Positions 9,329 to 18,466 of a stretch of DNA of 64,000 nt are shown here, piece after piece. The DNA lies in the NCBI GenBank assembly GCA_963717005.1, contig OY970324.1, forward strand, positions 4,426,573 to 4,490,572. The letters are read 5' to 3'. Every line of letters begins with the position of its first letter. Position 1 is the first letter of the stretch. The DNA comes from an uncultured delta proteobacterium (GTDB taxonomy: Bacteria; Desulfobacterota; Binatia; Binatales; Binataceae). Position numbers and translations under genes: made by a program. Below the pieces are notes generated by a model. It ran no database searches. It was not told the DNA's origin and saw only the letters and a program-made list of their open reading frames with translations.

Positions 9329-10816
9329 TTGTTGGTGCCGGCCGTGCTCTCACGCTCTTCATCTCATAGCAACCGTGAGCGTCGGCGATCCGTTTTGTGG
9401 CGGAGCGCCACGACGATTGGCTTAATCGTCCTGGTTGCGATGGCGAGCGGGCCGCGACAATCTTTCGCGCAGGACGCGCAGGCGCAGGCGCTGGAGTTGA
9501 GCGACCATGCGTTCGCGATGCTCAATGCAATCAACGCGTCGTCCACCAAGGCTGGTCCGATCCTCGCGCCGGCTGCCAGCCTGGCCGGCGATGCGCAAAC
9601 GCTATCGACGGCTCTGGACGCGCATGACAGCGCCACCGCGAGCGGTGCGATGGCGTCGATACTCAACGATCGCGACAAGATAGAAGCCGCGGCGAAGCTG
9701 GCCGGCGGAAATTATCCGGAGCAGTGGACCGGGATTAGGGAAAAGATCGCGGCGCTCGAAAAGCAGGTGCCCGCGGCCAAGGGACCGGTCGCTCGCAGCG
9801 AGGTGCCGGAATCGCATGCGGCGGTAGCGCCGCCGGCTGGAGAAGCGATGCCCGCCGCGCCGAAGATCCAGATCGCATCGCGGGTGTTCCAGGGCGGGAC
9901 GGTGCGGGTCAAAGGTTTCTTTGAAGGCACCGATCTCAAGTCGGCGGGAATTTTCGACGGCGACACCAAGAGCAGGGATATCAACGTCGCCAGCACGCCG
10001 GGCGAGCAGCGAATCAATTTCGACTTTTCGATCGAGCAGCCTTCGCCGACCCAGTCGATTCGGGTGGCGGACGTTTATGGGCGCGAGGCACAGGCGCTGG
10101 TCACGCCGGACCCGGCGGCAATCGGCCCGATGAAGGGCAGCGAAGAGATGATTGAAGTCGATCCGGGCGCGAGCGCGTCGTCGCGCGGTGAGGCGGGTCC
10201 TCTGGCGGAGAGTCCGCTCGCGTCGGCGGGTCCCTCGAAGGGCAACAACACGGCCGAGATTGCGCGGCCGGACGATGAACTCTCGCCGTCGCGGCGTCAT
10301 ATCGATGCGAACCCGTCGCTCGGGCCGTTGACCAACGTACAGATCAACGTGATTGACGCCGAGGAATCGATGGCGGCGCCGGGAAATGTCGAAGTGGTCG
10401 GGCAGATCGCGGGACCGGGCGTGCGTCATGCGGGGGTGTACGTCAACGGGCGGCTGGTCAAGTCGATTCCCATAAGCACAAGCGGCTACAGCGCGTTCGA
10501 CCTGACGTTCCCGATGCCCGCGGGCAGCGACGCGCGGATTCGCGCCTACGGCAACGGCAACGATTTCGTCGAAGCGTCGATCGACACGGTCGGCGGCGGC
10601 AGCGGGATGACGGAGTATCGCAATCCGCCGATATATCCGGCGCCGTACGGGGCGTATCCGCCGTCGCCGTACTACCGGCCGAATCCCTACGCGTACGCGA
10701 ATCCGTATGCGCCGGGCTACAATCCGTACGCGCCGAATCCGTATGGATATGGATACGCGCCGCCGTACGGCACGCCGCCTCCATCGCGGCCGTGGTACAA
10801 GAACCTGATTCCTTAG
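9329..10816 (+). CDS. Hypothetical exported protein: two Ig-like repeats and a Tyr/Pro/Asn/Gly-rich C-terminal tail
   Basis: Signal peptide ending SFA-Q; internal duplication; NPY-rich tail; start uncertain. Confidence 0.75.
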   Translation: MLVPAVLSRSSSHSNRERRRSVLWRSATTIGLIVLVAMASGPRQSFAQDAQAQALELSDHAFAMLNAINASSTKAGPILAPAASLAGDAQTLSTALDAHDSATASGAMASILNDRDKIEAAAKLAGGNYPEQWTGIREKIAALEKQVPAAKGPVARSEVPESHAAVAPPAGEAMPAAPKIQIASRVFQGGTVRVKGFFEGTDLKSAGIFDGDTKSRDINVASTPGEQRINFDFSIEQPSPTQSIRVADVYGREAQALVTPDPAAIGPMKGSEEMIEVDPGASASSRGEAGPLAESPLASAGPSKGNNTAEIARPDDELSPSRRHIDANPSLGPLTNVQINVIDAEESMAAPGNVEVVGQIAGPGVRHAGVYVNGRLVKSIPISTSGYSAFDLTFPMPAGSDARIRAYGNGNDFVEASIDTVGGGSGMTEYRNPPIYPAPYGAYPPSPYYRPNPYAYANPYAPGYNPYAPNPYGYGYAPPYGTPPPSRPWYKNLIP

Positions 10817-10889
10817 TGCGATTCTGAGAAGGTGGTTTGTAGCTCGCTGCTGCGGGAAGCGCTCGCTTACGCCCGCGCCGCTTTTTTTG

Positions 10890-11122
10890 TGTCATCCTGA
10901 CTGGAGCGAGCAGCGCGAGCGCAGGGAAGGATCTCAGACAGCGGCGTGTAAGCGCCGCCGGTTCCGGTTTTGGATTGCTGCATCAAATGAGAATCCGGAT
11001 GCTTGTGCGACGACATCAGCAAAGGAGCGCTTCGCGACTTCAAAACCGGTGCCGGCTTCGCTGCCGCGAAGCTGTCCGAGATCCTTCCCGCCGCTCGCGT
11101 TGCTCGCTTCGTCAGGATGACA
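10890..11122. repeat. Inverted pair of structured palindromic repeats (TGTCATCCTGA...GGATCTC family)
   Basis: 10890-~10972 is an imperfect reverse complement of 11041-11122; third copy at 22967-23064. Confidence 0.85.
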
Positions 11123-11125
11123 AAA

Positions 11126-11156
11126 CGGTACTGTCCTGCGAATCCGGACAGTACCG
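11126..11156. other. Perfect 11-bp stem-loop
   Basis: cggtactgtcc-N9-ggacagtaccg. Confidence 0.6.
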
Positions 11157-11170
11157 ACAAAATTACGAAC

Positions 11171-11199
11171 TTGCCGCGCGGCGCGGGCTTGCGTAGTAT
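11171..11199 (+). promoter_or_regulatory. Putative sigma70 promoter of efp
   Basis: TTGCCG-N17-TAGTAT, ~40 nt upstream of the efp ATG. Confidence 0.55.
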
Positions 11200-11241
11200 T
11201 CGCTTCTTAACCTTCGTTCTTTTATCGAGAGTGTTCACACG

Positions 11242-11805
11242 ATGCTGATTCAAGCGACGCAACTGCGCCCGGGTATGATTGTCGAGTACAACAAGGACCT
11301 GTGGCGGATCATGACGATTACGCATATCACGCCCGGCAACTGGCGCGGGATGGTGCAGACCAAGCTGCGCAACATCAAGACCGGATCGCAAACCGAGAAC
11401 CGGTTCCGCTCTGAAGATCGCGTCGAGCGCGTGATCCTGAATCAGAGCAAGATGCAGTTCCTCTACCAGGACGGCGACGATTTCCATTTCATGAACACCG
11501 AGAACTACGAGCAGATCACGATTCCCAAGGAACTGATCGAGGACGTGGTCGGATTTCTGACGCCGAACCTCGAAGTCGAAGTCGAGTTTTACGAGACCAC
11601 CCCGCTTAACGTGACCTTGCCGAAAACCGTCGCGCTCAAGGTGGTGCAGACCGACCCGGGGATGAAGACGGCGGCGGTGAACAATACGCTGAAACCGGCG
11701 ACGCTCGAGACCGGGATGACTATTAACGTGCCGCATTTCGTGGCCGAGGGCGACACGATCACGATCAACACCGAGACGCACGAGTACCTGTCACGCTCGA
11801 AGTAG
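11242..11805 (+). CDS. efp: Elongation factor P (Asn-tip type, PGNW)
   Basis: LRPGM, HITPGNWRGMVQTKLRN, FLYQDG..FHFMNTENYEQ, KPATLETG...VPHFV.EGD. Confidence 0.97.
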   Translation: MLIQATQLRPGMIVEYNKDLWRIMTITHITPGNWRGMVQTKLRNIKTGSQTENRFRSEDRVERVILNQSKMQFLYQDGDDFHFMNTENYEQITIPKELIEDVVGFLTPNLEVEVEFYETTPLNVTLPKTVALKVVQTDPGMKTAAVNNTLKPATLETGMTINVPHFVAEGDTITINTETHEYLSRSK

Positions 11806-11831
11806 CACGCTCGCAGCAGCACGGATGACAG

Positions 11832-13010
11832 GTGAATAGCGCGCGGCAGACGTATCGACCCACCGGTCGAGATACCGGGCGCGATCGCAAAGCGGCGCTG
11901 CCCGAGCGCACGCAGCCGCATCCGATAAGATTCGGGCCAAACCTCTACATCGCGCATACGCAGCCGGGGTTCGAGGCGATCGCGGCGGACGAGATAGCGG
12001 GCCGAATCGCGGGCGCGCGCGAGATAGCGCGACGGGTGGTGCCCGATCGCGCCGGGATGACGATTTTTTTCGCGCCGGCGGCGGAGAAGCTCGGCATCCT
12101 GCGCACGGCGGAAGATCTGTTCGGGCTGGCGGGCTATCGCGCCGGAATCGGTCCCGAGGACAAGGAACTCGACAAGATTCGGGGCGCGGCGCGCGAGGCG
12201 CCGCTGGTCGCGCCGGCGCTCGCGGCGCGGGTCAAACTTTCGCCGGGGACGCGCGCGGGCCGCAGGCTCAAGTTCCGCGTGATCGCGCGGATGGCGGGCG
12301 AGCATGAGTATCGGCGGGTCGATTTTCAGCGCGCGGTCGAGCGCGGAATTCTCGAGCGCGGCGACCATACTTGGCGCCTCGAAGAAGACGACGCCGACGT
12401 CGAGTTGTGGGCGACGATGATCGACGCGGAGTTTTTTCTGACGGTGCGGCTGAGCGACGACAAGATGCGGCATCGCGAGTACAAGGCGGCGCATCGCCCC
12501 GCCTCGCTGCGCGCGTCGAGTGCGGCGGCGCTCGGCTGGCTGTCGGAACCGCGCGCGGACAACGTCGTGCTCGATCCGTTTTGCGGCGCAGGCACAATCC
12601 TGATCGAGCGCGCGCACCTGGGGCGCTATGCGATGCTGCTCGGCAGCGATCGCGATCACGCGGCGCTCGCGGCGGCGCGGGTCAACGTCGGCGCGCGCTA
12701 CAAACCAATCCAGCTCGAGAACTGGGATGCGGGCGCACTGCCGCTGGGCGACGCGAGCGTGGATAAAATCGTCACCAACCTGCCGTGGGGAATCCGCTAC
12801 GGCTCGCACGGCGAGAATCGAAAACTCTACCCGTTGTGGTTCAAGGAGTTCGCGCGCGTGCTCAAGAGCGGCGGCGCGATGGTGCTGCTGACCTCGGAAT
12901 GGCGGCTGATGCGCGAGCTCGAGCGCACGCGCAAAATTGCGCCGAGCAAAATCATCCGCGTATCAGTGCTCGGCAAGCCGGCGGCGATCTACCTCTGCCA
13001 TAAAGCGTAA
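11832..13010 (+). CDS. THUMP-associated RNA N2-guanine methyltransferase (UPF0020; Trm14/RlmL-like)
   Basis: MRHREYK...PASLR, VLDPFCGAGTILIE (SAM binding), IVTNLPWG motif IV. Confidence 0.85.
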   Translation: MNSARQTYRPTGRDTGRDRKAALPERTQPHPIRFGPNLYIAHTQPGFEAIAADEIAGRIAGAREIARRVVPDRAGMTIFFAPAAEKLGILRTAEDLFGLAGYRAGIGPEDKELDKIRGAAREAPLVAPALAARVKLSPGTRAGRRLKFRVIARMAGEHEYRRVDFQRAVERGILERGDHTWRLEEDDADVELWATMIDAEFFLTVRLSDDKMRHREYKAAHRPASLRASSAAALGWLSEPRADNVVLDPFCGAGTILIERAHLGRYAMLLGSDRDHAALAAARVNVGARYKPIQLENWDAGALPLGDASVDKIVTNLPWGIRYGSHGENRKLYPLWFKEFARVLKSGGAMVLLTSEWRLMRELERTRKIAPSKIIRVSVLGKPAAIYLCHKA

Positions 13011-13029
13011 CGCGCCCCACCAATTCAAT

Positions 13030-13084
13030 GTGAAACCCGCCGTGGGTTTCACGCTTCCTTGGGCAGGGGTGACCCCTGCACCCA
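13030..13084. terminator. Two tandem hairpins between convergent genes
   Basis: gtgaaaccc-N5-gggtttcac and gcagggg-tga-cccctgc. Confidence 0.5.
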
Positions 13085-13102
13085 GTGATAAGAGAGTCCG
13101 TC

Positions 13103-14438
13103 CTACTTCGCCGGTGAGAAGAACGCGAGCACTGCGTTTGCGATTGCGTGCGGCTTGCTGCCGTCGATCGGCACGATCCACGCCGACGGTGCGGGCGCGA
13201 AGCCGAGCGCTTTGTCGGGCGACCCTTCCAATCGCACGCCCGCGTATATGAACGACGACGAGTCGGGCGACCAGATCGTGTGCGACACGGCGAGCTGATC
13301 GAAGTAGTGATAGGCGGTCGATTCGTCGGGCGTGGCGAGAAAGTTGCCGAGCGCTTTTTCGACGCCGGTTTTGGTATCAACCACCGACCAGCTGTAATAC
13401 GGCTTCTCCGCTGGTACGCCGATGAACGCGAGGTGGCGCGAGTCGGGCGCAAAGAAAAATGCGGCGACGTCGTCCTTGGTCAGCCACCTTGAATTCGCGG
13501 TGGCGATATCGACCAGCTTGATGCCGTGATAGGTCGGGTCCTGAGGCGTGATCGCCGTCGAGTACGCCAGGTGCGCCGAGTCGGGCGCCCACACGAAACT
13601 GTTCTCGCCGACCGGCAAACTCACGACCGAACGCGGATGACTGGCGTCGGCGTCGGCGACCACGATGTTCGATTCGGCGTGGTAGCTCGCGATGTAGGCG
13701 AGATGCTTGCCGTCGGGCGACCATGCGGGCGTCTTGAACGGCGTGCGTCCGCTCGACAGCACCTTCACCGTGCTCTGACTGGTCGGGGTCAGGCTCATCA
13801 GCGAAACCTTCTCGGTGCGATCGGGATCGAGCGCCAGGGTGTGCAACGCAACCTCGTCGGGCGTGCCCCAATCGAAGTACAAGCGGCATCCCGGTGGTGA
13901 CGATTCGGACCGGGGTCGATTCCTTGACCTCGGCCAGCACCAGGCTGAGTCCGCGCGGCTCGCCAAGCAGAAACGAAAGATGATTCCCGTCGGGCGTCCA
14001 GGCCATGTAAACGATGCGCTCGGAGCGGCTCTCGAAAATGAGCATCGCCTGGCGGCGCGCGAGATCGTAAACCCACACCGCGAACGAATCTTCGGCTTGC
14101 TTGTGGGTCTCGGCGGAATACGCGATGCGCTTGCCGTCGGGCGAGAACGTTGGCCATCCGTAGTCAGTGCCGCCGGCCGCCGGACCGGCGTTTGGGGCGT
14201 CGTCGGTGAGCATGACCGGCAAGATCGCGTGGTCGCGGCGGACGTGAATCGCGGCGGCCTTGCAGGTGATGCATTTCGGCTGCGCGCATTTTGCGTCGCA
14301 GTAGTAGATGTTGGAGTCGGTGCCGACGTAAGCGATCTCGCCCGGCGCCGGTGCGCCATGAGCATTGGACACGAGCGTGAAGATAAAAACGACTGCCGCA
14401 GCCGTGAAAATTTGCAAGCATGCACAGAAGGAGCGCAT
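13103..14438 (-). pseudogene. TolB-like/PD40 beta-propeller exported protein, split by a +1 frameshift near 13882
   Basis: N-half has a signal peptide, WPTFSPDGKRIAY and WTPDG; C-half has PAWSPDGKHLAY, WAPDS and WSPDS in another frame; one extra base in ATG CCG CTT GTA CTT. Confidence 0.85.
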
Positions 14439-14542
14439 GGTTGGAGATGTCATCGCGCTTAGAATTGCGCCCGCAAGGGCATCAGCGCAAGAACGATCGC
14501 GACGTGTTGACGGATGGCCGCCAATCGCGCAAAGTTGTGACT

Positions 14543-14980
14543 ATGCGCATAGCTGCGATTATTTTCTGCGCCGCGCTGTGGATTGGACTGCCGACAATTT
14601 CGCACGCGCAGTACAACGACAACGATCAGCAGAACCCCAAGGAATATCACGACGAGGATTCGCAACCGCTGGCCCTCGCCGCCGACCTCCTTTATCCCAT
14701 CGGCTACGGTCTCGAATGGCTGGTTTCGCGCCCGATGCACTGGATCGCCAACGACAGTCCGGCCGCACCGGTTTACCGGCCGATCGGCGGCAACGACATG
14801 TCACCGCCGCCTCCGGTTCCGATCATTCCCGACAACACGATGGACCAGACGACGGTGTCCACCACTCCGCAGGACTGGTCTCCGACGCATACAACCGTCA
14901 CCACCACGGCCACGACCGTCAAGCAGGTAGTACCGGTAGCATCGCCACCTCCGTCGAGCACCCAACCGGCGCTTCACTGA
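14543..14980 (+). CDS. Hypothetical exported protein with Pro/Thr-rich tail
   Basis: Signal peptide MRIAAIIFCAALWIGLPTISHA-Q; globular core YPIGYGLEWLVSRPMHW. Confidence 0.75.
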   Translation: MRIAAIIFCAALWIGLPTISHAQYNDNDQQNPKEYHDEDSQPLALAADLLYPIGYGLEWLVSRPMHWIANDSPAAPVYRPIGGNDMSPPPPVPIIPDNTMDQTTVSTTPQDWSPTHTTVTTTATTVKQVVPVASPPPSSTQPALH

Positions 14981-15154
14981 ACTTTCGCATCCCGCGCGCC
15001 CTCGACCCGACAATGCCCGGCAATCCGGGGGTTATCTTCGCCCTTGAATGTTGGGTATCTTTGGGTAATAGAATTTTTACTAATCGAATTCGTCCAATGA
15101 GATGTGGATGAGCTAATCCAGGCTCGTCACCGCTTGGGAGGTTGTGTTACCTAG

Positions 15155-15766
15155 ATGGCTGTTGCACTGAAAGAGAAAGCTCCGACCGATCCAGCTGAAC
15201 TCAAGAAGTGGCGCGAGGAGGAGCAGGCAAAAGAGCGCGCGAAGCGCGACAAGGAAAAATCCGAGATTGGTACGTTGTGGAGCCGGCGCGATTTTCTCGG
15301 CGTGCTGGGATGGTCGGGGTTCGGCGTATTCTCGCTGATCGGGCTGCTCGCCGCGGTTCGCTCGGCGTTCCCGCGCGTGCTGTTCCTGCCGCCGTCGAAG
15401 TTCAAGGCCGGCTTCCCGGACGACTACGTGGTCGGCGAGGTCAGCGAGAAATACAAGCAGGATTTCCGCACTTGGATCATTCGCACCAAGGCCGGCTTCT
15501 ACGCGATCTTTGCAAAGTGCACTCATCTCGGATGCACCCCGCGATGGCTGAAGACCGAGCAGAAGTTCAAGTGTCCGTGCCACGGCTCCGGCTATTACAT
15601 CAGCGGACTCAACTTCGAGGGACCGGCGCCGCGCCCGATGGATCGATTCAAGATCTACGTCGGCGACGACGGGCAGTTGGTGGTCGACAAGTCGGTGATC
15701 TATACGATGGCGCCCGGCGTCGATCCCAACGAGCAGTATCCACAGAGTATCCTGAAGATCGCCTGA
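15155..15766 (+). CDS. Rieske 2Fe-2S subunit of a cytochrome bc/b6f-type complex
   Basis: CTHLGC and CPCHGS boxes, Tat motif SRRDFL plus TM helix, GPAPRPM. Confidence 0.93.
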   Translation: MAVALKEKAPTDPAELKKWREEEQAKERAKRDKEKSEIGTLWSRRDFLGVLGWSGFGVFSLIGLLAAVRSAFPRVLFLPPSKFKAGFPDDYVVGEVSEKYKQDFRTWIIRTKAGFYAIFAKCTHLGCTPRWLKTEQKFKCPCHGSGYYISGLNFEGPAPRPMDRFKIYVGDDGQLVVDKSVIYTMAPGVDPNEQYPQSILKIA

Positions 15767-15859
15767 AGCGATTCGCAGTGCGCGCAACCGCGGGCGCAGC
15801 TCGACCAGGAGCCGCGTCCGTTTTTGTTTGATCTTTTCGAGCGGGAGTAAATTTTCACG

Positions 15860-16663
15860 ATGCCATCAATCAAAGCCGGCAACATCAACCTCAACTACGA
15901 CACCTTCGGCGACGGCGAGCCCTTGCTGCTGATCATGGGTTTCGGCATGTCCGGCGCGGGATGGCTTCCATCGCTGCCGTTCTTCACCGGCTTCAAGAGC
16001 ATCTATTTTGACAATCGCGGCACCGGACTCAGCGACAAGCCCGACGGAATCTACACCGTCGAGGCGATGGCCGATGACGCGAGCAACCTGTTGAAGGCAC
16101 TCGGAATCGCGAGGGCAAAAGTATTCGGCGTCTCGATGGGTGGGATGATCGCGCAGGAGCTGACGCTAAGGCATCCCGAGCAAGTCACGAAGGTCGTGCT
16201 CGGATGTACGATGGCGGGAGGCACGACGGCGAAGATGGCGGCGCCGGATATGGTCGAGCGCCTGATGACGGCGAACAAGATCATGGCGGCCGAACCCGAG
16301 AAGGCTTTCGACCTGCTGATGCCGGCGCTCATGCCCGCGGAATTCGTCGCCGATCATCCCGAGATCAAGCAGATGATGGTCGCGGGAGCTAAGATGATGC
16401 CGCCGACGCCGCCGGAGACCGCGGATCGCGCGTTTGCGGGAATCCAGACGTTCAACGCCTACGACCGGCTGGGGCAAATCAAGTGCCCGGTGCTGATCGT
16501 GCACGGCGACAAGGACGTACTGGTGCCGGCGGAGAACGCGAACATCATCAAGGGCAAAATCCCGCAGGCCGCGATGTACATAATTCCGGGCGCAGGCCAC
16601 GCCTTCCAGGCCGCGGATCCAGTCGGGATCCATCAGAAAATCGTGGAGTGGCTCCGGAACTAG
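15860..16663 (+). CDS. Alpha/beta hydrolase
   Basis: DNRGTGLS, GVSMGG nucleophile, HGDKD, GAGH. Confidence 0.93.
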   Translation: MPSIKAGNINLNYDTFGDGEPLLLIMGFGMSGAGWLPSLPFFTGFKSIYFDNRGTGLSDKPDGIYTVEAMADDASNLLKALGIARAKVFGVSMGGMIAQELTLRHPEQVTKVVLGCTMAGGTTAKMAAPDMVERLMTANKIMAAEPEKAFDLLMPALMPAEFVADHPEIKQMMVAGAKMMPPTPPETADRAFAGIQTFNAYDRLGQIKCPVLIVHGDKDVLVPAENANIIKGKIPQAAMYIIPGAGHAFQAADPVGIHQKIVEWLRN

Positions 16664-18435
16664 GCGGTTACAAACTGCGAAGCTCGTTCGAGCGATACTG
16701 GCGTCGGGTCGAGCAGCGCAGTGATCGCGTCCTCTTCCCAGTCCGAGTTCGGTAGCGCGAGCGGATCTTCGGGGTGCAGGCGATGCTCGACGACCATGCG
16801 CGCGAGGATCAGGCGGCGCGCGTCGTGGCCGTTGGCGCCGGCGGTCGCACCTTCCCACGTCATCAGCGCGGCGCTAGCTACATTGTAAAGCGCATCGGTC
16901 GCAACGCGCGCCAATCTTTCGTTCTTCGGCTTGGATGCTACCTCGCCGGCGAACGCGACTGCGCGATCGATCAGCTGCGAGATTTCCGCGCGAAACGCAG
17001 ACGGCGCCGCGGTCGCCGCTTGCAGTCTGCCTTTGAGCGCGCGCGCGAGCGTTTCGTGGCCGCCGGATTTGGCGACGGCGCGATTGATCACGTCGAGCGC
17101 GTTGATATTGCTGGTGCCCTCCCACAGCACACCGATATGCGCGTCGCGAATGAGGCGCGAGTTGACCCAATCCTCGATGTAGCCGTTGCCGCCGCGCACC
17201 TCCATCGCGCCGGTTGCGACCCGGATATTGTCGCGGCACGCGCGAAACTTCAGCACCGCGGTCAGGATGCGCATCACGCGCTCGGCTTCCGCGTCGCCGG
17301 CGCGCGCCCGATCCATCATCGTCGCGTCGTACGTGAAAACCGACAGCGCCTGCTCGGTCGGCACCATCAGTTTCATCAACTGGCGCCGCAGCAACGGGTG
17401 CTCGATGATCGGTTTCCCGAACGCCGCGCGATGACGCGCGACCGCGAGCGATTCGTTGAGGCATCGGCGCATCATGCCGGCGGCGCGCGCGCCGTGCGAC
17501 ATGCGGCTGAGATTCACCATGTCCATCATCTGGCGCAATCCGCGATCGAGCGCGCCGATCTGGAAAGCGATCGCGCCTTCGAGCACGACTTCGCCGCTCG
17601 CCATCGAGCGCGTGCCGAATTTGTCCTTGAGCCGCGCGACGCGGTAACTGTTGCGCTCGCCGTTTTCCAATCGCCGCGGCATCAGGAAGAGCCCAAGCCC
17701 TTTCGAGCCGTTGGGCGCACCGTCCGGGCGCGCCAGCAACAGAACAACGTCGCCGTCAACTGCGGAGCAAAACCATTTGTCGCCATAGAGCCGCCAGAAG
17801 TCGCCCTCGCGCTTCGCAACGACCGCACTGTTGCCGAGGTCGGAGCCGCCGGCGCGCTCGGTCATGTACTGCGCGCCCTTGAAAATCTCGTCCATGTTCT
17901 GCGACAACATGCGGCCGAGGTAACGCGTTTTGAGATCGTCGTTGCCGTAGTTCTCGACCAGCACCGCGCCGGTGTCGGTCACGCTAATCGGACACATCAG
18001 GCCGAACTCGGCCTGCACGAACAGGTACTGGAACGCGTACTTCGCGATGTAGGGCAGCGGCTCGGGCCATCCGAGCACGCCCGGCCGATGGGCCATCGCA
18101 TGCAGCCCGAATTCGCCGAAACCGATCCGCTCCATCTCGCGATACGCCGGGTGGAACTCGACCCAATCCTCGTCGCGCCCGAAACGATCGCGCGAATGGA
18201 GCATGGGCGGATGCTTGTCGGAGATTTCCGCAAGCTCGTCGAGCCGGCCGCCTGCGAGCTGGCCCAGCCGATCGAGATGCGGCTCCATCGCGGCGCGCAA
18301 GCGCGGCTCCATGTGAAGGTCGAGCAGGTCGCGCAGGCCGCGGTCGATGCGGTAAAAGTTCATGCCGCGACAATCAGGCGCGACCGATGCGGCCGCGGTT
18401 TCGCTGGCGAGTCTGTCTGAATCAAAAGATGCCAT
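16660..18435 (-). CDS. Acyl-CoA dehydrogenase, AidB-like subfamily
   Basis: CPISVT, QYMTERAGGSD, GDKWFCS, RLKDKFGTRSMASGE, MEVRGGNGY, WEGTSN. Confidence 0.92.
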   Translation of the reverse strand: MASFDSDRLASETAAASVAPDCRGMNFYRIDRGLRDLLDLHMEPRLRAAMEPHLDRLGQLAGGRLDELAEISDKHPPMLHSRDRFGRDEDWVEFHPAYREMERIGFGEFGLHAMAHRPGVLGWPEPLPYIAKYAFQYLFVQAEFGLMCPISVTDTGAVLVENYGNDDLKTRYLGRMLSQNMDEIFKGAQYMTERAGGSDLGNSAVVAKREGDFWRLYGDKWFCSAVDGDVVLLLARPDGAPNGSKGLGLFLMPRRLENGERNSYRVARLKDKFGTRSMASGEVVLEGAIAFQIGALDRGLRQMMDMVNLSRMSHGARAAGMMRRCLNESLAVARHRAAFGKPIIEHPLLRRQLMKLMVPTEQALSVFTYDATMMDRARAGDAEAERVMRILTAVLKFRACRDNIRVATGAMEVRGGNGYIEDWVNSRLIRDAHIGVLWEGTSNINALDVINRAVAKSGGHETLARALKGRLQAATAAPSAFRAEISQLIDRAVAFAGEVASKPKNERLARVATDALYNVASAALMTWEGATAGANGHDARRLILARMVVEHRLHPEDPLALPNSDWEEDAITALLDPTPVSLERASQFVTA

Positions 18436-18466
18436 AGGAATTTAGAAGTAATCTTTTCTCGATGCA

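Noticed and set aside
16774-18420. Long antisense ORFs (e.g. 548 aa here, 546 aa at 32460-34100, 543 aa at 39862-41493, 486 aa at 62424-63884)
   Set aside because: Shadow frames opposite well-supported genes in high-GC DNA, with no motifs
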